The notes below the pieces were generated by a model, which worked only from the letters and a program-made list of their open reading frames with translations, did no database searches and was not told where the DNA came from. The translations under genes and the position numbers were made by a program. A stretch of DNA of 59,770 nucleotides from Guillardia theta CCMP2712. Taxonomy: Eukaryota > Protista > Cryptophyta. Below, one piece after another: positions 21,668 through 31,811 of this stretch. The DNA lies in contig NW_005434628.1 of NCBI RefSeq assembly GCF_000315625.1, positions 103,003-162,772 on the forward strand, in the 5' to 3' direction. How positions within the stretch are numbered: the stretch's first letter is position 1; each line of letters opens with the position of its first letter.

Positions 21668-23614
21668 GGAAAGCACACAGGCTGACTTGGGACATTCTCA
21701 CATCCCCTGTACTACGTGACTTTATCTGCCACTCAGTGTGAGGCAACTCATGGTGGTATGAACTGAGTCGAGATCATGAGCTTAAACTTGGACTCTTCAC
21801 CGTGACTTGCAACCGTCTGGGAACTCACTCGCTGTGACTCCATCATGACGGTATTAGCAACTCAGACGGTCGGAGTGCCACGGTGACTGATACGTACTGA
21901 TACTTTGATCATATGGTCCTACGGTAAACTTGGCAGACGGTGAGGCCGCCCACTGGGCCAGGCTGGGCCCGCCCCCGGGCGCCGCAAGCGCCGCCGGCCC
22001 CGAGGCTTTCAACTGGCAAGTGTACTACGGTAGTCGGCTCTCGGATCCGATGATGAAGGCTAATCACTCGGCAATGTACCGCGGTGATCGGACCGTTGCC
22101 GGGGCGGCCCAGGCCGCCACGTTGCCATCTGATTACACTTAACACCTCCACTGAGTTGCGGCCTCGGAGGCTGCTGCTGCTGCGGCGGCTACGCGTGACC
22201 CAGTGACTCAGCCGTGCCACGAGCCTGCCGGGGGCTGGACAGCTTCTGACTTGCCACGTGACTATGCACGACTCATCTCAGTCTGACTCTCTGAGGTGAT
22301 CGGATAGTAAGTTCATCCAGAAGAGTCTGCGACTCAGTGACTCGCTGGGCCCTCGGTCTGACCGTCTGTTCGAGGCCGGTGGCTTGACCTGCAGCCGCGT
22401 GACTAGTCACAGAGTCAGTGGTCTTACTAAGACCTGAGGCCCTCGGACGGTCGCTCCGGATCTCTCACTCCGGTTCAACGGTTAGTCACGGCTGAGACTC
22501 TGACCGGGGCTCCATCGTGACCTGCCAACCCACCCTCAGTACCGTAACGGGTACGGTCACCCTGGTGCCACGGTGAGTCATCATGTCAACTTGGTCACAA
22601 GGCACCCCTGTGACTCGGAGATCTTGCGGAACTTGAAAGGCTTCCCTTTCAATCCCTGAGACGAGAGTCCGATCCCCTTCAACGTACCGGTCATGATCTC
22701 AAAACGAGACTCAGACATAAAAAGGTTAGGTCAGGGCCATGGTACAGGAGGGACCGGGCTAAGGCTTTCGCACTAGTACTTGTATTATAAGATCTTAGCT
22801 GTAGAGGCGGGGGGAGCTAAGGCAGAAGGAGAGCCGCCCGTGACCTGGAGAGGAGGAAAACCGACCAGCCTTTTGAGGCCCTTGTGACTGTTAAGAAGGG
22901 GGTCCTTTCGAGTGGGAAAAGGGGGGGTAGAGGATCACAAGGATCTGTATCGGTCTTATCTCACCACGAGTATGGGAGGGTTTTTAGCGCAAGGCAGGTA
23001 GAAGGGGAGGGGGTAGGGGTAGATGGATCTGATTGGGGGTAGAGTCCTGGGGGGTGGTACACCATGGGTCAAAGAGGTGGGTATTTCATGCGACAGCAGG
23101 GGATGATAGTTCGATCCCTTTCAGAGGTGGGGTGGCTATCTGGGTGGCTATGGAACGTTCTGGTTCGTCGGTGTAGGTAGGGGTGGTGATTTGTCTCTGA
23201 GGCGGACTGGAGACCCCCTTATACCGCTTAACTCCTGCCTGCGCCTGCTTTAACTGAGACCTCGTCTCCCTCCCCTCACCTTTATCTCCCCTGCCTGCAC
23301 ACAAACCTACCCACTCCACACCCTCCTCCTCCTCCTCCTCGTCCTCCTCCTCGTCCTCCTCCTCGTCCTCCTTCTTGTTGATTGATTGTTTCCTTCTTGG
23401 TATGACCGCCAACCTCCTCACCCCTAGCGAGAACAACATGCACCGTCAGTGTACTCTTCCTTGCTCCCAACCGGCTTCCCGCTCGTTCTGCCTTGAGCAG
23501 CAGAGACAGCGCCGCAAGAGCTGGATGAGAGGAGCGTTTTCCACTAGCTGTGCCAGCATGGCAGTCACGGAGGGAGATAACGGGCCCATAATCACGCTCA
23601 CCAATCAGGCATGC

Positions 23615-23821
23615 TGTTAGGGATTGACAATCCTGATGATGCTCTTTGACTCTGTGAACTTGAACCACCTTGTTAACTGGTTTAACAAGCAAACAAGAAC
23701 CTCAACACAACCGCGCTCTCTGAACGTGTGGAAAGTTAGGATAGCTTTTTATTGTCCAACCGATAGGATAAAGTAAGCTAGTTAACTGAAGTATACGTAA
23801 CCGCTTAGGTAACTCCTATCA
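23615..23821 (-). repeat. 3' LTR (207 bp)
   Basis: TGTTAGGG...CTCCTATCA on the + strand, identical to 29160-29366; AATAAA on the minus strand. Confidence 0.97.
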
Positions 23822-23875
23822 TTACGCTCCCAAGCGCACCATCATCTGAGAAACATCTCGATGAACTTCGCTGCG

Positions 23876-26800
23876 TCAGGAATTAGTATTAGTCAAATTA
23901 AACTCACGAATCAATTGACGAAGAAACGGCGTCGTCAATTCACGAAACGACAACCAAGAATCAGACGCAGGATTATCATAACCCTTCCATCTGATCAAGT
24001 ACTGCACACGACGACCTTTCCCACGACGAGCCAAGATTCGATCCACTTCGTAAAACTCACCATCCGAACGCACGATGGGATCAGGCGGTGCAACCTTTGT
24101 GTTGAAACACTCATCACGAATATGATACGGTCGAAGCTTCGAAACGTTGAACACGGTGTTCTTCAAACGCTGAAACCTGGATGTCAACTCCAACTTGACT
24201 GTGCTGTCAGAAACCTTCTCCACAATTGTGAAGGGACCCACAAAACGCAACATCATCTTGGGTACTGTCTCTGGCAACTTCAAGTCCTTCGTAGACAACA
24301 TCACCTTGTCTCCAACCTTGTATTCGTAAGATCTTCGCTGTTTTGACAACCTTCTTTCTGTATCAATCGCTGCAATAGTCATCGAATCTCGAGCAACGTC
24401 AAGTGCCGTCATGATATTTTCACGAATAGAATCAACGTCCTCGCACAAATCCATGACAGAAAAATCAACCACAGTCCTAATCTCACGACCATAAATGATC
24501 TCGAATGGAGTTAAGCCTGAAGCATTGCGTACTGTAGAATTCCAAACAGTCTCTAAATGAGTCAGATAAACATCCCATGTCTTGTGAGGATACTTCATGC
24601 AGAAGATTCGTAACGCGTCCACAATCACGCTGTTGAATTTTTCAACTCTGCCATTCGATTGGGGATAGTACACACTGGAATGTCGAATATCAATTCCCAT
24701 TAAGCTGAAAACTTCGTCCCAAAATGTTGAATTGAAAATGCTTCCATTGTCAGACAAGATTTGCTTGCAAATCCCCTGGTTTCTGTACACAGTCTCGAAA
24801 AACCCACGCGCTGCTTGTTTCGACGTGATAGACTTCTTACACGGGTACAAGAAGACTCTTCCTGAAAAATGATCAAGAAACACCAAGACGGAGTCATTGC
24901 CCTTCTTGGACACCGGCAATCCTGACAAAAGATCAACGCTGATCTTCTCAAAACGCTCCTTTGGAATCGCATGACTATGGGGAACTGCAACAGAACGTTG
25001 TTTGAAACTCTTGGCTTGCAAGCATTCCTCACAAGAATTGACGTATGCGAGAATGTCTGCGTTCATCCTTGGCCAAAATGCGAGTCTTGTTGCTCTCAAG
25101 ATAGTCTTTGATTTGCCCCCATGACATGAGTGATCATGTACCAGTTCAAGGAATTTTCCTCTAGCGTCTTCTGGTATGCAAACTCGTTCTCTTCCTAAAG
25201 TATCATGAAAAATCAACACGCCATCTTTCAAATAGAACGATTTGCTCTCCATGTGAGTTCGACGATTCTGTCGTATCCCTTCGAGAATTGACTTGAAGTA
25301 CGTTGACTTCTCGTATCCTTCACGAACAAGGTCCAACATTGCGTTCTTGTTGAAACCAATGTCCATTGTTGCTTCATTCCTGACCATCTCTGTGCTTGTT
25401 GTACAAACACACAACACTGATGGATCGAGATTGAGAAGGTCCGCACGCTCTTCAAATTCTTTCTCGAGCTCCTCATGATTCTGAACTTCACTGTTCTCGT
25501 TAGGTCGAGACATGAAATCAGCAATTTTGTTGTCTTCGCCTGGTATGTATTTCACCTCCGCCAACTGGAAATCTGCCAAGATTTGAACCCATCGAAAGAG
25601 ACGACCTTGCAAATTCTTCTGCGACAACAAATATTGCAAGCTGTTGTGATCCGTATGAACAGTCACTTTGTGCCCATAGGTGTAATACTGGAAATACAGC
25701 AAGGCACTGATTAATCCAAGACATTCCTTCTCACGTGTACTGTAATTCAGTTGAGCTGAAGACAATCGTTTGCTAAAATACGCGACAGGAAGATAATCAT
25801 CTGCATGCTTTTGCGTCAACGCTGCGCCAATACAAGTTTGAGAAGCGTCCACGAACAAATGTGTCTCTTTCGACGAATCGAAGTACGCCAACACAGGTGC
25901 GGAGCTCAAACACTTTTTAAGTTGTTCAAAAGCTGTCTGATGTACCGTCAACCATTCAAACCTTGCATTCTTGCGTAGCAAATCCAGCAAAGGTAGGACA
26001 ACGCTCGTATATCCTGGTACAAACTTCCTATAAAAATTCGTTACTCCTAGAAACGATTTCAACTCTTTCACAGTAGTGGGCGCTGGACGAGCTAACATCG
26101 CGTCCACCTTGTCAATTTGTACAGTGATGCCTTGTTCATTGATTCTGAAACCCAAGAAATCGATCTCTTGTGCAAAGAAATTACATTTCTTCTTTTTCAC
26201 GAACAATTTCTCCTCTCTGAAGCGCGTGAGCAAGCGACGAATCAATTGTTCATGTTGCTCCAATGTACCATATGAAACTATCACGACGTCGTCCACGTAG
26301 CAGAAACAATTATCTATTCCAGTCAACACACTCTCTAAGAACTTTTGAAACTGATTGCCTGAATGTATCAAGCCGAATGGAAGTCTCGTAAACTCGAACT
26401 TGCCCAACTTTGTTATGAAACATGTAATATGTCGATGATCAGGGTTCACTTCAAGCTGCCAAAAAGAACGAGCCAAATCCGCGTTGCTGATAAATAATCG
26501 CGCATTCTTCACATTCGAATACTTTTGTCGTTCTCGTTGAATAGTACGACCGATCTTCTCTGCTAGCTCTGAAATTAACGGAAGTGGGAAATTGTCATGC
26601 CGCACTAGGTCATTCACAAAGCGTAAATCAGTACAAAATCTCAGGCTGCCATCGCTCTTCCTTGTGAAGATGATCGGAGACGCGAACTCGGAACTGCTCG
26701 GTTGAATGATACCACGTTCGAGCAGGTACGTGATCGTCTCCTTCAGAGGCTCTTCAAGAGACAACGGCAAGGGATATGGTTTCTTTTGTACCGGTTTTGC

Positions 26801-27493
26801 CCCTTCCTTCAAGGCTATCTGAGCTTTAAACTTGCGGTTTAATTCCACCCCAATAGGTATCTCGTCCACCAAGACGTCCTGAAATTGTTGCATAATATTT
26901 TCGACCCTCTGCTGGATCAAATCATCAGGCGAAGAGGAATCCTGCACTGCAGATTGTATCACGACCTGATACCATTCTCCCCCCTGCCGAATATCATGCT
27001 CCACTTCTTTTGAAGTCACCATTTGACACAAATTCGTCACGCTTTCGTCATGACTTCCTTTCTTTCGCAAGCATGTAGGCAAATTTACCACACTGTCATT
27101 GTATCGTGCGTAAACGCGAAAAGTCTCCGTGTCAAGATGAATCTTGTTCCTGTGCATCCAATCGTAGCTTAAAATCACGTCTGCATGTTTGATATCCAGA
27201 ACGTGAAGCGTTGTTTTGCTGCGAAATGTACTACCAATCCGAAATTTTGTGCCGAGTATCTCTGTGGAATATTTGATGGTCCCATCTGCCATGCTGACGG
27301 AAAGAACATGATCCTTTGCCTGCTGGCTCTGCAAACCAACGCGTCTCATACATTCCGCTGAGATGAAATTCGCTTCTGCCCCACTGTCCAACAGCGCAAT
27401 TAAAGTAAACGTCCTCCCCATTACATCAATCTCAATCGGTACGCACGGCAACTCGTACGTTTGAACTGTACTTGTCATCTTGCACACCACCAC
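23876..27493 (-). CDS. pol: Retrotransposon Pol: aspartic protease, reverse transcriptase, RNase H, integrase, chromodomain
   Basis: LLDSGA (PR); LPFGL and YVDD (RT); VDAS..YSTREKE..TDH (RH); HSCH..CEEC, SVDL, SDNG, NGRVE (IN); GPF; YEVDRILARR..QYLIRWKGY (chromo). The frame stays open upstream to ~27646. Confidence 0.97.
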   Translation of the reverse strand: MVVCKMTSTVQTYELPCVPIEIDVMGRTFTLIALLDSGAEANFISAECMRRVGLQSQQAKDHVLSVSMADGTIKYSTEILGTKFRIGSTFRSKTTLHVLDIKHADVILSYDWMHRNKIHLDTETFRVYARYNDSVVNLPTCLRKKGSHDESVTNLCQMVTSKEVEHDIRQGGEWYQVVIQSAVQDSSSPDDLIQQRVENIMQQFQDVLVDEIPIGVELNRKFKAQIALKEGAKPVQKKPYPLPLSLEEPLKETITYLLERGIIQPSSSEFASPIIFTRKSDGSLRFCTDLRFVNDLVRHDNFPLPLISELAEKIGRTIQRERQKYSNVKNARLFISNADLARSFWQLEVNPDHRHITCFITKLGKFEFTRLPFGLIHSGNQFQKFLESVLTGIDNCFCYVDDVVIVSYGTLEQHEQLIRRLLTRFREEKLFVKKKKCNFFAQEIDFLGFRINEQGITVQIDKVDAMLARPAPTTVKELKSFLGVTNFYRKFVPGYTSVVLPLLDLLRKNARFEWLTVHQTAFEQLKKCLSSAPVLAYFDSSKETHLFVDASQTCIGAALTQKHADDYLPVAYFSKRLSSAQLNYSTREKECLGLISALLYFQYYTYGHKVTVHTDHNSLQYLLSQKNLQGRLFRWVQILADFQLAEVKYIPGEDNKIADFMSRPNENSEVQNHEELEKEFEERADLLNLDPSVLCVCTTSTEMVRNEATMDIGFNKNAMLDLVREGYEKSTYFKSILEGIRQNRRTHMESKSFYLKDGVLIFHDTLGRERVCIPEDARGKFLELVHDHSCHGGKSKTILRATRLAFWPRMNADILAYVNSCEECLQAKSFKQRSVAVPHSHAIPKERFEKISVDLLSGLPVSKKGNDSVLVFLDHFSGRVFLYPCKKSITSKQAARGFFETVYRNQGICKQILSDNGSIFNSTFWDEVFSLMGIDIRHSSVYYPQSNGRVEKFNSVIVDALRIFCMKYPHKTWDVYLTHLETVWNSTVRNASGLTPFEIIYGREIRTVVDFSVMDLCEDVDSIRENIMTALDVARDSMTIAAIDTERRLSKQRRSYEYKVGDKVMLSTKDLKLPETVPKMMLRFVGPFTIVEKVSDSTVKLELTSRFQRLKNTVFNVSKLRPYHIRDECFNTKVAPPDPIVRSDGEFYEVDRILARRGKGRRVQYLIRWKGYDNPASDSWLSFRELTTPFLRQLIREFNLTNTNS

Positions 27494-27585
27494 TTCTCTT
27501 TTTTCTATTTCTGGAGGTACTTCTGAATCAAATATAGTTGATTCTGAAGGATCTCGGTCGCCCGTCCCCTCCGCGAGAGACGACC

Positions 27586-29061
27586 TCAGGGGTTTGACTT
27601 CTTGCTTTCGGTAGCCAACGGACAGACCTTTTTGAAATGCCCGTACTTACCACAAAGAAAACACTTCGGTCCCCTATCAGATTTCTTCTCCTCAGGACCT
27701 TTTTGTCCCGGTTTTGCGTCTTTACCATTAATCGCATTCACTGTCTTATGTCCGACATGGCTTCGTTCTTGTGAAGACGAGGTGAATGATCGTACCACGC
27801 TCAAAGCTTTCGCTTCTCGATAAAGCTCAGGCAGGAAACTACCGACGTTGATTGACGATCCAGCATTTTCTTTTTCAAGCGAGAGTAACAACTTCCTCGC
27901 AAAACTCGCGGTTACCTCATTCGATAAGTTCTGCACGAAGTGTCGTTCTAACCCAAATTTGGTACACGCGGTGCTTACATATTCCGCCTCGTTCTCCGCC
28001 GTCATGCAACAGGCAATGTAATGATTTGCCAACGAAGAGAATCGGTCAACGAAGTTGTTGATCTTCTCTTTGCTTCCTTGCCTCGTGTACGAAATCTGAT
28101 TCAAGATACTCTGAACCTGGGAGTACGGAAGATATTCTGCGACCATGATTTTCTTAAATTCCTTCCATGGACCATGCTCAACCGCTTCTTTGTCGTCCCC
28201 TCTTAAGGTCAACATCCAATTCCGCACTCTGTTTCCTACCAATGTGGTGGCAATATCTACCTGTTGGTCACTAGGAACCCTTTGTCGTTGAAATTGAAAC
28301 TCAAGTTCTCCAAACCAACTGGCAACGGAATACTCTAGAGTCATTTCTCCATTAAATCGAGAAATATCCGTGGAATGAAACTTCACTAAGGGAGTTGGCT
28401 TGACAAAACGATTTGACACATCAACATGTAACGTCGTCGACATGCTCGAATCACCGTTTTGCATGCATGCTGTATCGGCCCCTCCTGCTGCCTTGACCGG
28501 AAGGCGTTGAATTGCATCTGGTTCACTTGATCTGAACATTTGCCTCATTTCCTCGAACATTTTTCTACTTTCTTCCTTGAAGGCGGAAAATGCTTCCTTT
28601 GTCTCTGAGAGCTCCCTTGCTTCACGAGACCTCTCTTCCTTAACGGAAGCTTCATACTTTCCTTTCATGTCCATTGCGAGTTGCAGTTCTTCTCGCAATT
28701 TCTTGTTTGCAGTGATCAATTCTTCAAACTGCTGTGATTCGAACCTCAGGGTCGAACCTGCCGGAGACGCGATCCTTGAAATTTCAAAGTCTACTGCGTC
28801 ATCCCCGTCGCGCACTGGTTGCGTGACCGATCCATCATAAGAAGGTATATTAATCCTCGAAAATCCCGCGACGTCTCGCTGATTTCCGTTCGGGTCCTCT
28901 TCTGAGGTAGAAGGTACCGTCGTAACTTCCCTCATCGTCTTGTCTTCAGACGTTTCCTCATCGAAACTCCTTCTAAAGTTGTCAAGCATGACTGCCAAGC
29001 CTGAACTTCCAAGAGGACCATCTCCAGGAGACCTTCTTATCCTTTCTACATCCGATTGCAT
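27586..29061 (-). CDS. gag: Retrotransposon Gag with CCHC zinc knuckle
   Basis: 491-aa ORF with capsid-like WKEFKK..QGSKEKINNFVDRF and zinc knuckle CFLCGKYGHFKKVC. Confidence 0.93.
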   Translation of the reverse strand: MQSDVERIRRSPGDGPLGSSGLAVMLDNFRRSFDEETSEDKTMREVTTVPSTSEEDPNGNQRDVAGFSRINIPSYDGSVTQPVRDGDDAVDFEISRIASPAGSTLRFESQQFEELITANKKLREELQLAMDMKGKYEASVKEERSREARELSETKEAFSAFKEESRKMFEEMRQMFRSSEPDAIQRLPVKAAGGADTACMQNGDSSMSTTLHVDVSNRFVKPTPLVKFHSTDISRFNGEMTLEYSVASWFGELEFQFQRQRVPSDQQVDIATTLVGNRVRNWMLTLRGDDKEAVEHGPWKEFKKIMVAEYLPYSQVQSILNQISYTRQGSKEKINNFVDRFSSLANHYIACCMTAENEAEYVSTACTKFGLERHFVQNLSNEVTASFARKLLLSLEKENAGSSINVGSFLPELYREAKALSVVRSFTSSSQERSHVGHKTVNAINGKDAKPGQKGPEEKKSDRGPKCFLCGKYGHFKKVCPLATESKKSNP

Positions 29062-29147
29062 ATCCAGAGGTTACCGTTCAAGTTCCTTTTCGATCAAATC
29101 AAATCAAATTGTCGCAATCCGCAATTTCTTCAAACAAAAACCAAACC

Positions 29148-29159
29148 TTACGCTACCAA
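29148..29159 (-). other. Primer-binding site, TTGGTAGCGTAA (tRNA-iMet-like TGGTAGCG)
   Basis: Immediately internal to the 5' LTR. TGG is complementary to the tRNA CCA end, and TGGTAGCG equals the 8-nt yeast Ty3 PBS. Confidence 0.75.
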
Positions 29160-29366
29160 TGTTAGGGATTGACAATCCTGATGATGCTCTTTGACTCTGT
29201 GAACTTGAACCACCTTGTTAACTGGTTTAACAAGCAAACAAGAACCTCAACACAACCGCGCTCTCTGAACGTGTGGAAAGTTAGGATAGCTTTTTATTGT
29301 CCAACCGATAGGATAAAGTAAGCTAGTTAACTGAAGTATACGTAACCGCTTAGGTAACTCCTATCA
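29160..29366 (-). repeat. 5' LTR (207 bp)
   Basis: Identical to 23615-23821. Confidence 0.97.
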
Positions 29367-29954
29367 CATGCCCAGCATGGCTCCTCGGCGTGGTATGCAA
29401 GGGACCTCAGTTCCGCTCCATCGACCAGCAAGGAAATCTTACTGCTGGTGGAGCATACGAGAGGCTCGGAAAGAACGCCCGGGCCTCACTCCACAAGTCT
29501 ATCGGCCCTGATGGGAACTTTACCAACATCAAATTCCCCATGTTCCATCGTAAGACAGGCGGCGGTGAAATGCAGCAAAGCGACCTGCACGGAGAGGAGA
29601 TCAGCGAGGACACCTTGGCATACGACGAGGCATATGAAGACGAGCTGTCAGGCCGGTTCTACTTAGAGTAGAGAATGGATGCTTGCGATCCGGTTGCGTG
29701 TAGTGCTTGTTCTTGCCAAGTTGGTGTAGATTCTTGTTTGTAATGTAATGAAGTTCAAAACTACCTGATGTTCGAGAACGCAGTGCAAGCGCACCAACGG
29801 TGAAGAGAACACGCAGTCTACCATTCCAGTACCTATGCGCATACTAACAATGACGCCTAGCATTACCGTAGTGGCCTGCCCTCTACCGTGAGTCCGAGTG
29901 ATCCTATCAACGGTCAGATAGGCTTCACCGTGCTGCCACAGCGGTTGACGCGTT

Positions 29955-31811
29955 GAGGTAGGTTGGAAGGATGTTGACGTGGAACGAGCGATGCCGGAGA
30001 AGAGAGACGCGAGGAGGACCTCTCTCTCATTCTGCACACTCTTCCTTTTCTGGAAGCTTCGCGCCTACGTGTTCAACTACCACCGGGCAGACGTTGGAGC
30101 TCGTGCCTGGTACCTTGCAGACAGGCTTCTGGACGAGTCCTCAGTCTCGGCAGCAGAGCTGCAGTCAGAAAGCTACCAGGGACGACTATGGAGGCTAAGG
30201 AGCCTGAGCAGTAAACTGACATGGGACAAGTGCCTGAGCCCAATGAAGCGAGATGAGCGCTCGATCGCTCATCGTGGCGCGCCTCTCATGTTCCCAGAGC
30301 ACACGCTTGAAGGATACACCAGCGCTGTAAGGATGGGTGCTGGTGAGATTGGGCATGGGGCGTGGGGCAGTCGTTGACGGTGCGAGCAGGGATGCTGGAG
30401 TGCGATGCCGTGTTCACAAGGGACAGAGTTGCTGTCTGTCGCCATTCGGCCTGTGACCTCCACTATACGACCAACATCCTGAGGGTGCCGGCGCTCGCGG
30501 ACAAGTGCGACAAGAAGGTGAGGCATTCCAAACCCCCCGACGGCTGTTGAAGGTGGGAGACAGTTCCAACCCGGAGAGGGAGCGCGGTGCTGCACCACCG
30601 ATCTGCTTGCATCGGAGTACAAGCAGCTGTGCGGGACCATGGAGGTGACCCTGCCTGCTCCTGCCTGCTCCTGCCTGCTCTGTGACGCCAATTAGATGAT
30701 GACAAACGTCGGCGCCCGTACGGTGGACGAGTACCTGTCCGTCCCTTCCTGGCGGACGACTCTCTATCAGGTCTGCGTGTGGCACCAATCGACCTTGTCC
30801 TCGTGATCGCCGCTCAGGACGGAGGATGTGCCACTGTGATGACGCAGAAGGAATACATCCAACTCTCCATGTGAACCTGTCTTGTCTTGTGTCTTGGTTG
30901 TTGCAGTCTGACAGGCAAGGGGAAGGGAGATGAAGGTTAAGATGATCCCGGAGCTGAAGGAGCACGACTACTCCAAGATAGGCATACGTGAAAGCTGCCA
31001 TCTGCCGTCTTTCCGTTGTGAGAGACTCTTCAGACTCCCAAGATGAGGCGGCGGATCGTTTCATCCAAGACTACCTTGACCTGGGGGTCCCACCTGCTTT
31101 GCTGTTCCCTCAGACTTTCAGCAAGCAGCATGCGACAAGGTTCTCTGCTGACTCTGAGCAAGCGTCCTCCAGCTCATCTGCTGTAGGTGGCTGTCCAAGT
31201 ATCCCATAGCAAAGAACACGGTTCTGTTGTATAGTCCCGGGGGGCAGGTGGAACTCTCGGTAGTTCCTCGATCTCGCTCCATCTTACATGTTAGGAGCAG
31301 AACGGGAAAGACACCTGGGAGACGACGTACAAGGGATGGTTTGAAGAGCTGCAGCGCCTGGGTCAGCCCATCAAGTTCGCCGGACTTCCGCTCAACGAGG
31401 TCATATCGGCCAATGACGCGCTTGGGGGCTCTTTCTCTCCCACAGAGCCGGTCAGGTACGCCTGCTGCGGGTGTTTGCGATCGCCGTACTGACCAAGAGC
31501 AGGTACCTCAAGGAGCAAGGGATAGAGATCATCGTGTGGACGCTGGAGAGGTCGGGAGCCGTTCCTAGTGGGTGGTACCTCGGTGTCCATCAGGGGAACG
31601 CCAGCACGGGAACGCACGGGAACGTTCAGAGTGCGGTGAGGAAGGATGCGGACATCTACTTGCTTCTCGATGTACTCTTCAAGGTTTGTGCATCCTAGCT
31701 GTCTACCTCTCCCGTCCCCGACTGAGTGCTCTGCAGGAGGTGGGAGTCTATGGGGTCTTCTCGGATTGGCCTGGGACCGTGACCCACTACCTCAACTGCG
31801 CCCTCCCCTAA
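29955..31811 (+). pseudogene. GDPD copy 2: 5'-truncated, with an in-frame 36-nt deletion in the TM segment; catalytic exons intact
   Basis: Lacks the copy-1 promoter and first codons. [17 protein letters not shown] becomes FLFWK. The remainder is near-identical and could start at ATG 29991. Confidence 0.75.

Larger units (their letters stand above)
23615..29366 (-). mobile_element. Full-length Ty3/Gypsy LTR retrotransposon of chromovirus type (5752 bp)
   Basis: Two identical 207-bp LTRs with TG..CA ends. 5-bp TSD CATGC at 23610-23614 and 29367-29371, present once in the empty paralogous sites. gag plus pol in PR-RT-RH-IN-chromo order; lower GC than the host. Confidence 0.98.
23402..29671 (+). 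pseudogene. Orphan gene copy 1, disrupted by the LTR retrotransposon
   Basis: MTANLLTP...TNQAC before the element and PAWLLGVVC...GRFYLE after it; copies 2 and 3 show the uninterrupted ORF. Confidence 0.8.

Noticed and set aside
23861-24346. 161-aa ORF antisense to the integrase/chromodomain, as an env-like or accessory gene
   Set aside because: Fully overlaps pol on the opposite strand with no motif or TM pattern; typical shadow ORF.
29160-29366. Tf1-type self-priming of the retrotransposon
   Set aside because: No segment of the LTR is complementary to the PBS, and the PBS begins with TGG as expected for tRNA priming.
29864-29946. Long imperfect hairpin behind the orphan gene (ACCGTAGTGGC...GCCACAGCGGT enclosing CCTATC/GATAGG) as an ncRNA or SECIS
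   Set aside because: Changes in units 2 and 3 break rather than compensate the pairing; spacing does not fit a SECIS core, no in-frame UGA is seen, and there is no snRNA, SRP or tRNA motif.
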